Shown here: one piece after another, positions 26,626 through 40,424 of the stretch
Numbering within the stretch: the stretch's first letter is position 1
Layout of the letters: each line of letters opens with the position of its first letter
Assembly: GCF_009914755.1 (NCBI RefSeq)
Contig: NC_060931.1
DNA length: 64,000 bases
Direction: 5' to 3' (one strand)
Source: the human T2T-CHM13v2.0 reference genome, Homo sapiens
The notes under the pieces: model-generated
What the model was told of the DNA's origin: nothing
The model's input: the letters and a program-made list of their open reading frames with translations, nothing else
The model's database searches: none
Translations under genes and position numbers: made by a program

Positions 26626-27659
26626 TAAATTAAGGCAGATTTATTTATTGAATATTTGTTAGTAGTTTACCTTTAAAAATCAGGATCAGGAATCAAAAAT
26701 TACTTCCAGCTGAATTGCTCCCCAAAGGCGTATATCACGATGTTCGTGTTTCTGAATTTTTGAAATGACCATTTATACAGTATATGAACAGATTAAACCT
26801 AACATGGTTTTTAAAGCTACAATATTCATTTCATATTGCTGTATCACAGGGTATTCTATAAACAGTGGGTTCTGTGATGAATTTTTCTTCTATACACTGA
26901 ATCCTCAATTTCAGTGCATTGTCTTGTTAGTCACATTTTGTCCAAGTTACCATACTCACTGCTTTTTTCCAGCCTCTGCTCTTTACCCAGTTTGAAGCCA
27001 CGGTAGTCTTGATGGCTTTCTACAGTGATTCTCATTCTCAATCTGGTTATGTTTTGCAATGATCAACTATCCTGATCCCCAGGAAGCTTTGACACTAAAG
27101 CCATTGCCCTTGAAAGTCCTAACATAGAGCCAACTCCTGATTTCCCATGCAGGACCTGAAACTAGTAAGTTTTAATCACATACACCATTTTATTTATGTG
27201 TCCCTCAGTTTTTCATTTTCTATGCCTTTCCTTGGTAGCAATAGAGCACAGTTATCTATAAGCCTTAGACACTCCACTTAATAATTATTTCCATTTACTT
27301 AACCTAGGATTTGAAACACAAATAAAGCTTATTTCTCTTGTTGATTTGATCCTCATTAAGTTTAATTTCTATGAATGTAATTTTATTTTTTCTTTTATCC
27401 TAGTCTAATTTGTTCTATTTACCACTGGCATCATTACCTATTGGAACAGAATATATATGGATTTGAACTTAAAAAGAATCCCAGACTAGAAAAAATTTTA
27501 AATGAAATTTGAGGTTCATGCTAATCTTGATACAAGATTTAGTGACTGACATGTTTACATAGTTTTAGGAGATTTCTGGGGGAATATGTAAACAAATATT
27601 TACCCATATGAAACAGGGAAAAAAGCAATAAAAATGCATTTAAAAATATAATACATGGG

Positions 27660-27970
27660 GGCCAGGTGTGGTGGCTCATGCCTGTAATCTCAGCACTTTG
27701 GGAGGCCGAGGCAGGTGGATCACCTGAGGTAAGAAGTTAGAGAGCAGCCTGGCCAACATGGCAAAAGCCCGTCTCTACAAAAATACAAAAATTAGCTGGA
27801 TATGGTGGTGTGTGGCTGTAGTCTCAGCTACTCGGGAGCCTGAGGCACAGGAATCACTTTAACCATGGGGTCGGAGGCTGTGGTGAGCTGAGATCACGCC
27901 ACTGGACTCCAGCCTGGGCGACAGAGCGAGACTCTGTCTCAAAAAACAAACACAAACAACAACAAAAAAC
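27660..27970 (+). mobile_element. Alu (old S or Jb type)
   Basis: Full dimer with (CAAA)-type tail; AATACATG at 27650-27657 and 27971-27978. Confidence 0.95.
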
Positions 27971-28019
27971 AATACATGAAGACAGGCAAAAGAGAAAAAT
28001 GAACTGTCTTAAAATATAA

Positions 28020-28205
28020 ACTAATATTTATTGTACACTTTCTCTATGCCAAGCACTATCTGGCAAAGAGCAAAGTTTACATGAATTAGCTTATTTAATC
28101 TTTACAGAAATGCATAAAGTAGCTACTATCTTTAGTTACACTATACAATTTAGAATTGAGTAAACTGAGACACACAGTATCTTACCTAAAGCCACATAGT
28201 TAGGT
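28020..28205 (-). mobile_element. MIR fragment
   Basis: ATTTATTG..TATGCCAAGCACT..ATTTAATCTTTACA..AAACTGAGACAC..CCTAAAGCCACATAG. Confidence 0.65.
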
Positions 28206-29099
28206 ACCAGAGTAACTTCCTAATGAAAGGAAGTAATGATATTATTACAATTGACCAGACAAATTAAGATTTTTATCATTGTCACAATTATCTAAATATA
28301 TTTATCATGCTATTTTTGTTTACTTGAAGTAAACAAAGTAATTCTCTAAGTTATTTGCGTTAAAATAGATCAAACCTATAAAATAAGGCAAAGTTAGAAA
28401 AATACTATTATTAATAGTTCCAAACAAGGTATCAGACATCCAGATGTTGAAAAATAAGTGGATTTTTTTTCCCCTAATTTCAAATGTGCAGATACTTAGT
28501 AACTACTGATATTTGTCATCATGTAGCAAAATATCCAATTAAAACTTTTAATTTAAATCAGATGTTTTATCATTATGTAAGTTTGGTAATAACCTGCACA
28601 AGAACAAAAGACCATATTTTTTCCAGGCTGATAATTGTTTATGAACATTCTACCTCAAAAATGAACTGAATACAATAGCAGACATTTCAAAAGTTATCTC
28701 AAATAAATTGTGCTAATATCATATGACAGCTACACAACAGTTTTAAAAGTATGACTATTAGAATCAAAACATGATTATCTCTGAAACATGAGTAAAAAAG
28801 TTTTTGAAAAAACATATAATTACATTTATATAAATTAAAGCTACACATAGAATACTTCCTGTTACTCAGTAATATATATAACAATTTTGTAAAGGTACTA
28901 TAAACACCTGCCAGATTCCTGATTAAGGTGGCCTGAATGTAAGTAGGGATATTGTATAACTTTCTCTCTAAAAGGAAAATTCCCAGGTTATTTCGTTTCT
29001 TTTCTTAAGACAAAATCAATGTGGTGAAACATGTTAAAGTGTTAAGTTTCTGTCAAAAAGCAATTTTTTTAAGTAAAAAATAAAAAATTTCAAATTTTA

Positions 29100-31880
29100 T
29101 GTGATAGCAACAAAATTCCATACTTATTAACAGTCACACAATATGATGCCCTACCCTCATCCCCTAGCAACCAATAATCTAATTTCAGTTTCTGGAGATT
29201 TGCCTATCCTTAACATTTCATATAAATAGAATCAAATAACATGAGATTTTTCTAGTCTGGCATCTTTCACATTGCATAAGGTTTTTAAGGTTTATCCATG
29301 GCATAGCACGTACAGTAACTTCATTGCTTTTTATAGCCAAATAATATTCCACTGTATGGATGTACCACATCATGTTTATTCAATCATCAGTTGATGGGCA
29401 TTTGGGTTATTTCCACTTTATGTCTGTCATTTATAATGACTCTGTAGACATTCATGTAAAAGATTTTTTTGTGGACACATGTCTTTGATTCTTTGAGGTA
29501 TATACCTAAGAGTGCAGATGCTGGGTCATATGGTAATATTATGTTTAACATTTTGAGGAACTACAAACTAGTATATTTTCCAAAGCAGCTGCACCATTTT
29601 ACATGCCCACAAGCAATACCGAGTGTTCCATTTTTTCCTTATCTTGGCAACACGTATTGCTGGGCTTTTTATTACAGCCATCATACTGGATGTTAAGTGC
29701 TATTTTATTGTTTGTTTTAATTTGCCTTTCCCAAAGGACAGATAAGATTCTGAGTATCTTTTCATGTGCTTATTGGCCACCGGTATATCTTCTTTGGAGA
29801 ACTGTCTATTCAAATCTTTGCTCATTCTTCAAATATTTTTTTTTCTCTGTTACTTCTCCTCTGGGGTTCTCATTATGCATATGTTAGTGTGTTTCATAGA
29901 GTCCAAAATGTCTCTGAGGCTCTGTTTGTTATTCTTTATTTTTTTCTTTTTATCCTCAGTTGGAAAAATCCCAATTGACTTTGCTCAAGATCACTGACTC
30001 TTTCTTCTACCAGTTAAAATTCCCTTTCTAGTGACGTTTGCATTTAAGTTATTGTAATTTTCAACTCCAGGGTTTTGGGGCTTTGTTTTTATTTATAATT
30101 TCTTTATTTCTTCATTAACTATTCCCTATGTGGAGACATCATTTGCAACTTTCTCTTAGCTCTTAAGACATGGTTTCCTTTAGTTCTTTAAACCTATTTA
30201 AAATAGCTGCTAAAATATTTGTCTGGTAAGTCCAACATCTGATGTTCCAAGGAACAGTTTCTATTGCCACCTTTTTTTTCTCTCTCTCTGTATGGACCAT
30301 TCTTTCCTGTTTCTTGTGTGTCTCACAAGTTTTTATTCAAAACTGGACATTTTAGTAGTATAATGCTAAAAATTAAAATATTATTTTGTATATATTAATT
30401 TATTGTTTTATAGCATGCCAACTCTGGAAATCAGATTTATTACTCCATTTCATACAAGGTTTGTCATTGTTGCCATGTGTTGCTCTTGTTTCTGCTGCCA
30501 TTTGTTGTTTAGTGACTTTCCTGGATTAAAACTTTAAGGCTTGTGTTTTGGTATGTCCCACCTCTAAAGTCTCTGCTCCATTAGCTTAGTGGTCAACTAG
30601 TGATCAGTTAGAGATTGCCTTAAATTCCTTAGGATAGTAACTCGTTCAGCCTTTGTTAAGAAGCTAAGTGCGTATGTTGGGGCAAGCTTTCAAAGCTCCC
30701 ATGAGGTAGTTTACAATTCTACCTTATCCTTCGCTTCCTGTTTGTGCAGAACCTCAAAGTCAGCCAGAGTTGATAATTTAAGAGCTTAGGTTTGCCATGG
30801 TCATGTACAAAGTCTTGTGCAAATGCATAGCTTTATAGATGCCCAGGACTGTCAGAGATTTTCAACCCTATGGACATCTCATTTCCCAATATTTTCTTTT
30901 AAGTTTTTTTTGGTAAGTCTCTTGTTAGTTCTGATTAGTAGTACTGCCTCAGACAGTACTGCTGCAATGCTAAATAACTGCTGTTGATTTTTTTTTTCTT
31001 TGACCAATACACTGTGGTTAAGGCTGTTCACATAGTTTGTGACCTGATTAAGTTTAATTAAAGAGAAATCCTGAAAATGGAACTCTTCAAAGCTTGGAAG
31101 CTCCCAAAAAGAGTGCTTTCTGAAACTGTCAAATAGTGACAGTTCTCTAGGGATGAGACTTCTGGGAACTCCAAGCCCATTCTGTAGGGCTGCCAGACCC
31201 AACACCAGGTCGTGGGGGTGATGAAGTCCGGTGGAGTCAAAGGATTGAGAAAAAGACAGTTTGAGAGAGAAAGGTGGGACACCAGAGGGCCATGGCGACT
31301 GTGGAGGCTGCAAAGGCCCTGAGCTCTGGGAGCCCACGCTATTTATTGGTAATCCAACAGAGAAACGTGGTGAGAATGTGGCGGTCAAAAGGGCAGGCGC
31401 ATGCATGATCTACAGCTGTGATGATTTAGCATTTATAAGGAACATGTTCTGCTACTTGAGATAATGGGAAAACAATTGATCTAGGAGCCTAGGAGCACTA
31501 GAAGCAAGGAGCCAGCAAGTCTAGACACATTCCAGAGAACATTATGCAAGCCCTGCCTCAGCTTTCTTCCCAACCCTCAGCTTTTTTCCCCAACCCATTC
31601 TGCTCCATCCAGTGGCTACTAGGTGGCTGTTTTTCACAGCTACCATGGTTATATGTCTGCTTATTTCCCAGGGTGCCATGGAGCTGGGGAGAGGAGGGTG
31701 TGATTTCAGCAAGTTAAAATGCAACGGTACTCATTGCTCTTACTGAAATTCAGCTTTTTTTTTTCTTAGTAAAACTCGACATTGTTGCAATTCTTTAGTT
31801 AATCTCTAGTGTTCTGAAAAAGTTGACTTTTGACATTTTTTTTTCCAGTGTTTTTATTGATTTCATGGAGTAGGTTTCCA
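29100..31880 (-). mobile_element. Old L1M fragments: 3' end (29100-29830) next to ORF1/5' UTR sequence (29845-31880)
   Basis: CATTTCATATAAATAGAATCA and TTTGGAGAACTGTCTATTCAAATCTTTG, followed by T-rich ORF1/5' UTR-like sequence that is interrupted by the LTR3. Confidence 0.7.
31183..31594 (-). mobile_element. Solo LTR3 (HERV-K HML-6)
   Basis: Minus strand AGCTGAGGCAGGGCTTGCAT..GTGTCTAGACTTGCTGGCTCC..AATAAATAGCGTGGGCTCCC; 6-bp TSD CCATTC at 31177-31182 and 31595-31600. Confidence 0.88.
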
Positions 31881-32524
31881 CCATTCTCAAAGGCAAGTCT
31901 TGACTCTTATTTTTTACCAGAAAGTAAGCGTAATGTTTCAGTGATCTGTAGGATGTCATGAACAAAGCAAATGATTCATTAACCATTTATCCTGATATTG
32001 GATGTGGGTATGCAAAGGGTACCAACGTGGGATCTTCTCCAGTGAACAATAAAATTACAAAACAATCATTTAAATGGAAATGTACATGTTGTTTTTAATT
32101 AGCAGCATTAAACATTTTCCCCTTTTATAATGCATAGAGCAAATTTTGAAGGAAACTCAGCAAAAAGACCAGACAGTAACAATATCTCAGGTAGTGTCTA
32201 AAGAAATTTTTATACAATAATAGTGATAACTCCATGACTGAAGTAGCTCAGAGAAGTCTGAAGAATATGAGGTATGCAAAATGTATCAGGCCCAGAGAGA
32301 TATGAGCATGAGACTTTAGTCATCTCCACCCCCCAAATACTGATGCCCAGGGTTAATTGTTTGAAGGCATTTTGTTTTTCTTTCCTTCCCTGTGATTTCC
32401 AGGCTAGCTGATAAATTACCTTAAATGTTACAACAAATTGCACAATGTGACCCTCACCCATTATCTTCATGCTCTGGGAATCTGTGATAGTAAAAACAAT
32501 GCATAGCCAATCTATAGCTTATAT

Positions 32525-33163
<639 letters not shown>

Positions 33164-33924
33164 GCTTATGTCACTTTAATGAACCAAGGTAAATTCTTGG
33201 TGAATAACTTAAGATCTTCCCCCGTCCCTTTTTTTGTTTGTTTAAAAACCCACCGTCTCTGTTGTTAATCAGAGATTAATCTGAGATAACAATATATCTA
33301 GGGCAACTTGAATCTATGTCTCCCAGGTTGCAGTCCTCAAAGTTGGCCCAAATAAACTCTCTACTTATGTTAATTTTGTCTCAGTTTCTTTTCTTTAGGT
33401 AGACAGGTAAATCAAGTTGATGTGGCTACATAATATAAACAAAACATTATGTGGCTGATAAAGTAAGTGTCCTTGAAAACATTTTAATAAAACTTTTGGT
33501 TAGGTCACAAAATCATCAGATTGAAAAGTCACAAAAAGATAAATATTCTTACTCTACTACCATGTAGAACCGCTTATGCATATGTTCATTTATTTATTCA
33601 TTTGCTTACTTACGTTATGATGACCCCTTCCCCTTGACTGGCTTCCAATTGGCCACATGATAAATTTCAAAACCTTGTGTTGCTATATAAAGTGCTCTTC
33701 ATCATTTGATCTCCACATACTTCTTCACTCTCATATCTTGTCATTTTTCCCTGTCTGTTTCCCAGAGCCCACAGTCTTCCAAGCAGGTCAGCAGCCCAAA
33801 TAAATCATGCTTTTGCTTCTGATTTGCATGCTTTTTCTGTTTTTGGAACTACTTTCTGGGTTTCTGTCTTCAGGACTCAGTTTAGATCTGACTTTATAAG
33901 CCTCTCCTGAACTTAGAGAAATCT

Positions 33925-34110
33925 TAGAGCAGAATGGATAAGAGTGAAGATCCTTAAGTCAATGAAACTCCAGCTATTTCAGTTCTTTTTATTAAAAAAA
34001 AAAAAAAAAAGAAAAAAGAAAAATAAATAATAACAGTACCTCATAGGATTTTTGTGAGAATAATTTGGGATGATATATGTAAAATTTTTAATGAGTACCA
34101 TAAAAGTGCT
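33925..34110 (+). mobile_element. MIR with an internal A-rich run
   Basis: AATAACAGTACCTCATAGGATTTTTGTGAGAATAA..GATATATGTAAAA MIR core. Confidence 0.7.
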
Positions 34111-35344
34111 AGCTGCTACTTCTACCTCTATCACTATATCAATGCTTTCTAGAATATAAGGGGTGTAGAAAGAATTATGGGAGATGAAGCTGGAATGGAA
34201 AATGGTGACAATTCTCACTGGAGTCTGAAGAAGAAAATTAAAGGAAAGCAACATGCTGAAGGTCAGGCCTGGATTCCTCAGACCAGGGATGGGAGGAGCA
34301 AGATTTGGGTAGAATATTAGGAAGGATCATCATGGGCCTGAATTTCTGCTGCTGCTGCTAGTTCTCTGCATGCTGACCAAAATTTATGATTATGTTGTCT
34401 CTAAAAACATGTATAGTCTCATGTTCATATTACATCCAATTTAGTCTTGTTTGAAAAGAAAGTACAGAAAAGTCTTCTATCAAGGAAAGAAAAATGAGTA
34501 CACTGGCAGCATTTTTCTACAGTATATTCCTCAGAGACCTAGTCCCCTGAGATGTTCCTTGAGGAAAAATAGTCTGTTGGAAAGTAAGCCTGAGAAACAT
34601 TGCAAACTATCAAATTATATATATTTTCCTACTTCACAGGGTTATTTCAAGGAACAAAATGTGGTTATTTAGAGATGTCACATCAGCAGGACAAATAGTT
34701 TTCTGATCCCCCTTCTCTCTCCCGTTCTATTGCTCTTTACTTTCTATTCTCTCCCTTATATCTCCCTATGATTCATTACTTCATTATTTTGGAAGTTTCC
34801 TTAGTCCCCTTGTCCTCTGAATCTGCTTTTCACACTAAATGTGAAAACCCCAGTGCCGGATCAATTCAGTTATTGCCTTTCTTCTTTCTTCAACTGTGAC
34901 TATGGAGCCCTGCTGAAGAAAAATAACACACATTTAAACATTAGTGCTATGATAAATCCGTGTCCTCCGACCTCAGCTAGACTCCAGGACTGTCCAGTAA
35001 CTCCTTTTTTCTGGGTAGGGTATTATCCAGTGGCATTTCCAAATCATGTCCACTCTTCTCAAATACTCAACCCCTTCATTATGGATGTTTGTCTCTTTCT
35101 TAACAGAAAAGCAGGAATGCCACACAAGATATAACCAGAGTTTTGCAACTATACAATGACTTACAGGTAATTTTAATCCTAACAGAATTTTAATTCATCT
35201 GTTCCCCCCACTTTAAACTGATATAGTAGAAAAGATGATGTCACAAATATAAAAAGTAACCTGTGCTACCAACGTCCTCATGTCTGCTTCTTCAGTGATC
35301 TAAACCTGCAGATTACCTTTTCTATTTTCTATTTTCATCTTCCT

Positions 35345-35910
35345 TATTTTTAAAAATAGAATTGATTTTTAAGAGCAATTTTAAATTCACAGCAAAATTA
35401 AACAGAAAGTACAGAGATTTTCCCATATATCTCCTTTCTCCACACAAGCACAGCCATCTCCGCTGTCATCGTCACCAGAGTGGTGCATTTGTTACCACTG
35501 ATGAACCTACATTAACACATCATTATCACCCAATGTCTGTAGTTGACACGAGGGTTCACTCTAGATGTTGTACATTCTATGAATTTTTACCAATGTGTAA
35601 CAACATGTATCTACCATTAAGGCATCAAACAGTAGTTTCACTGCCCTAAAACTCCTCTGTGCTCTGCCTATTCATCCCTCTACTCCTTAGCCCTTGGCAA
35701 CCACTCTTTTTACTATCTCTATGGTTTTGCCTTTTCCAGAACGTAACATAGTTGGAATCATACAGTATGTAGCCTTTACAGATTGGCTTCTTTCACTTAG
35801 TAAATGTATTTCAGATTCTTCCATTTTATTTATTTATTTATCTATTTATTTATTTAGGTATCCCTGGGTGGGCACAAACCTCCATTTCTTTTCATGGCTT
35901 GACAATACAT
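35345..35910 (-). mobile_element. L1MC/MD-like 3' end
   Basis: CAGAGTGGTGCATTTGTTAC..GATGAACCTACATT and GTTGGAATCATACAGTATGTAGCCTTT. Confidence 0.85.
35827..35880 (-). pseudogene. Probable retroposed 3' fragment of tRNA-Asn(GTT) with A-rich tail
   Basis: 35856-35880 matches the recalled tRNA-Asn 3' end GGTTCGAGCCCACCCAGGGACGCCA at 20/25 (3 mismatches at CpG); (TAAA)n tail; TCCATTT on both sides. Confidence 0.65.
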
Positions 35911-36387
35911 TTGTTTTCGGTGCCATCCTCTTTATTTTCACTGTCTTATTTCTTCCTAGAGAAGTCAATAGTCCTTTGTTTAAGTACTTTCAAATCTCAT
36001 CAATATTTAAAACAGACAAAAAAAAAATCACAAAACAAAATGTCCCTACAAAAACTCTTCTTCAGAGATTATTCTCTTCCCCTTCTCTTAATAATCTAAC
36101 TTCTTGAATGTTTGCAGTCACTTTCTATTTCATTCCACACATACACTGAAATCTAACTTTCACTCACATACATCTACAGTTTCTGTTCTGAGTTTGAACA
36201 ACAACAACAACAAGAAGTTTTCTTAGACTTCCATGAAAACGAACTTTTGGCTTTCCTTCTACTCTTTTTTCTTCTCCTTGATTTACTTTTTTAAAAAAAT
36301 TATGGTCGTCTTATTGACTAAATCTTCAAATAGATAGATTTCATTATACACTCTTCTTGGACAATCTTATCTGCATTAATATCTGTT

Positions 36388-36448
36388 TTATATATATTAT
36401 ATATACAGATACCATATATATATATATATATCTGTATCTCATATATAC
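36388..36448. repeat. Interrupted (TA)n microsatellite
   Basis: Visible TA runs. Confidence 0.85.
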
Positions 36449-36779
36449 AGATAGTTCTTGCTTTTCCTGGTGCCGTGTTAACTGAAACAGGTGCATATTG
36501 GAACCATGTCTTTGTTTTGTGCGGTTTACCATAAAACCATGCAAAGTAAGCACACATTTCCTACATGTACAATATTTAGTTAATAAGATACCATGAAAAA
36601 TGAGGACTATCTTCATTAATTATATACTCCATCTTTATTCTGATCCCTACACCTGAATACATAGTTTTCTACCAGTTATCTCCACTGGTTTTCCAAAGGT
36701 CTTTTTCAAATTTATATGTCCAAATATAACTTTTTCAGCCTCCATCGCCAGTCCTCCTGGCCATATTCTCTATCACAAG

Positions 36780-37235
36780 TAATTAGTTAATCAACAGAAA
36801 ATTATTAGTGTATATTATTCCCAGGCACTATGCTAGATACTACTGATATAATGGTGATGGTATTTTAACAACATGTTCCATTCCCTCACACAGTTTACAA
36901 TCTAGAAGGGAAAGCAACCATAAAAAAACTATAAAAATGAATAAATTATCCACTGTCCTTTTAAAGAGACTATAACTTGGAAGAGAAGATAAATCTGGAA
37001 GATTTCTCAGAGGAGGTGATAAATAAGCTGAGGTAATGAAGGTAAATGAAAGTTAGGTATAAATCAGGAGAAGTGTATATAAGGATAGGAAACCACACAT
37101 GGAAAAGCTCAGAGGAAGGAAGAAAGAAACATGGGCATTTCCAGGAATTGATATTACTCTATTGTGATGAGTATAATGAAAGCCAGAGGAAGACTAGCAT
37201 AGAAAAAAAATCTGGAGAAATGAATAGGGAATGGT
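36780..37235 (-). mobile_element. L2 fragment
   Basis: CCAGGCACTATGCTAGATAC..TTTACAATCTAG..CAGAGGAGGTGAT..AAGCTGAG. Confidence 0.65.
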
Positions 37236-39354
37236 TTAACAGGGTTTTTTTTCCCAAGTCAGTATCAGTAGATCATTCTCATTCCTCCCTATCTCTCACT
37301 CTATGATAAGCATTCTATTACCAAATATCATCTCTATCTCCTTGATAGTAGTCCAACTTATTGATATATTTTCTCATTCCCATTTCTTCACTCATATTTC
37401 CAACCAGTATTATCTCTACTGCATTACTCTTTTATTATCTGGCATCTCATTCCCTCATCTCTGTTTTTTCCCATATCTTAAACTCTAGCTATACATTGTC
37501 CTGTGATGGATGAATGGATAAATTAACTCTGGTACACCCATAAAATGAGTATTACTCAGCAATTAAAAGAAACAAAATACATGTAACTGATTAATTTTTA
37601 ACACTTACAGGAGGCACTGTTCCATGTATAAACTCTTTTAATCCTCAGTGTTATAATGTTTTCTGACTACTGTTTTTATGTCCATTTTACAAATAAAGGC
37701 ATTGAAGTATAGAAACCCTATTGCATGTTCTTAGAATAGCTTATCATGTTAAAAGGTCCTGTGTATGCTATTTCTTTATCATGAAACTTCCACTTTCCTG
37801 TCCTCTTTCTCATCATGAGTAAAGCTAAAACTTTACAGAATGTTAAAACTTCAGTCTTACTCATTCTGTAGGGGTCTCTTTATCAAGGGAGGTTTTCCTT
37901 ACCTTTGAAGCTTAATTTTATCTCTTTTTCACATACCCCATACTACACTATACAGTATTATAATAACCTACTGCATGTCCTTTTTCTTCTCTGGACTATA
38001 AGCTTGTTGTAACCATGTATGTAATTGTGATGCCATAATTTTTTAAATGAATCAATTAATGGATGAATCAAATGACATATTAAATGCAAAAGTGCTTTGA
38101 AAATGATAAATGATCAGAAATGTAACATATTGTTTATAAATATTAAGGGTACCAACAGTAGAGAAATTGTGTTTAATTGTATGTCATTCAGTTGACAATT
38201 GCCTATTATTTCCAAGACATTATATTATGTAAAGGGAGTAAATAAAGATGAATAGGAAATTACTCCTGCCCTCAAGGAACTTACATTAAAAATAATAATA
38301 TTAATTTACCATAAAATAGCTTTCTGAAATGAATGCATTTTCAAGTTACATACCTTGAAAAATAATGGCCTAAAAGTAATATATTCAATACCATCTATAT
38401 TGTTTTACTATCCTTCTATTTATAAAATATTGAGAATTATAAAACAAAACATTTTTACGTAAGCATTATATAGACTTCTGTAATAGGTAAGAGGCATGGT
38501 TTGTTGGGTTACCTGAATTTGTTTAAGTTCCTGGCTCAATGGATTAACATGGATATTATATAGAACTTCATATGTTCATTCATTCATTAACTCATTATTC
38601 CATTTATTTAACATTTGTGCATATAATATAAATATTGTGTAAAAAATACTTGATTAAGGCCTGGGCATACAATTTTAATGCAACCATAAACAACAAACAA
38701 GAAAAATTCCTTGTTCATTTAATGTGGGAATGGCTACAGGGATAGGTATTGTAAGAAAACCCCAAGAGACTCAGGAAATGATACGGGGGAAATGTAGGGG
38801 GAAAAGAAGCATCTTTTGAAAGTTCTTCCTACAAGCATCATTGGTGCAGCTTAAAATTATTTTTACTTCAGAGAACAGTGGGCTAGAAAGACAACAGCCA
38901 TTGTGTACTCTGGATTGCTGAAAATTTGAGAAGCAAATCTGCCACAATTCAAGAGATTTTCTGGATGCCTCCAAGATTTAATGTAAATCCTAGTGAAAGA
39001 AGGTTCTCTTTTCTTAATGATGTGTTGCTTTAATTGTTCATTATGATCTTGGTGGGAAAGGAAAACAGTACATGCAAACAAGTCTTGGGAAACATGGAAG
39101 GTGCAACATGAAAGTAAGTGTCTTCTAAGGAATGATGTAACCCACCACCTTGTGTTGGTTTGAAAGGAAAATATTTGAATCTGATAAGCCAGGTAGAGCA
39201 GTTTAAGTCAATCCTATAAAATTTAACATCTCACAGTTCAAAAAACTAGTCAGTAAATTGTGAACATTTTACTTCTCTAGAAAAATTGACTATGACTCAT
39301 TGGACTAGCATATTAACAAAAGAGATTTAATGAAAGCAGAGTTAAATGTTCTAT

Positions 39355-40424
39355 TATCAGGGGAAACCACTCCCAATATTTCAACATAGGTTCTTTCTAT
39401 TTTCCTATAAGTGTCAGCTGGCTGAGAAATAAAGAGAAAGAATACAAAGAGAGGAATTTTACAGCTGGGCATCTGGGGGTGACATCACATATTGGTAGAA
39501 CCATCATGACCACCTGAGCCTTAAAGCCAGCAAGTTTTATTACGGATTTCAAAAGGAGAGGGGGTGTAAGAACAGGGAGTAGGTCACAAGATCACATGCT
39601 TCAAAGGGCAAAAAGGAGAACAAAGATCACAGGCTTCTGAGGAAACAGGACAAGGGCAAAATCACAAACTCTTGATAAGGGTCCAACAAAGATCACAAGG
39701 CAAAGGGCAAAAGCAGAATTACTGATAAGGGTCTCTGTTCAATGGTGCACATATTGTCTTGATAAACATCTTAAACAACAGAAAACAGGGTTCGAGAGCA
39801 GAGAACCGGTCTGACTTCAAATTTACCAGGGTGGGGTTTTTACACATCCTAGTAAGCCTGAGGGTACTGCAGGAGACCAGGGCATATTTCAGTCCTTATT
39901 TCAACCGCAGAAGATAGACACTCCCAAAGTGGCCGTTTATAGACCTCCCCACAGGAACACATTCCTTCCCCAGGGTATTAATTATTAATATTCGTTGCTA
40001 GGAAAAGAATTTAGCGATATCTTCCCTACTTGCACGTCTGTTTATAGGCTCTCTCCAAGAAGAAACATATGGCTCCATTTTGCCTGACCTTGCAGGCAGT
40101 CAGACCTTATGGTTGTTTTCCCTTGTTCCCTGAAAATTGCTGTTAATCTGTTCTTTTTCGAGGTGTACTGATATCATATTGTTCAAACACACATGTTTTA
40201 CATCAATTTGTACAGTAAACACAATTGTAACAGTGGTCCTGAGGTGACGTAGATCCTCAGCTTAAGAAGATAACAGGATTAAGAGATTAAAGGAAGACAG
40301 GCATAAGAAATTATGAAAGTATTATTTAGGAACTGGTAAATGTCCATGAAATCTTCACAATTTATGTTCCTCTGCCTTGGGTCCAGCCGGTCCCTCCGTT
40401 TGGGGTCCCTGACTTTCCACAACA
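39355..40424 (-). mobile_element. Solo MER11 LTR (HERV-K HML-8), 1070 bp
   Basis: Minus strand starts TGTTGTGGAAAGTCAGGGACCCCAAACGGAGGGACCGGCTG and ends TTTCCCCTGATA; TSD TTCTAT (39349-39354) / TTCTGT (40425-40430). Confidence 0.95.

Noticed and set aside
30879-31406. 175-aa ORF
   Set aside because: Starts in LTR3 and runs into L1 5' sequence; no recognisable domain, so probably a chance frame.
36447-36556. Possible old Tigger-like miniature element (weak inverted ends)
   Set aside because: Inverted repeats too degenerate to call without a profile search.
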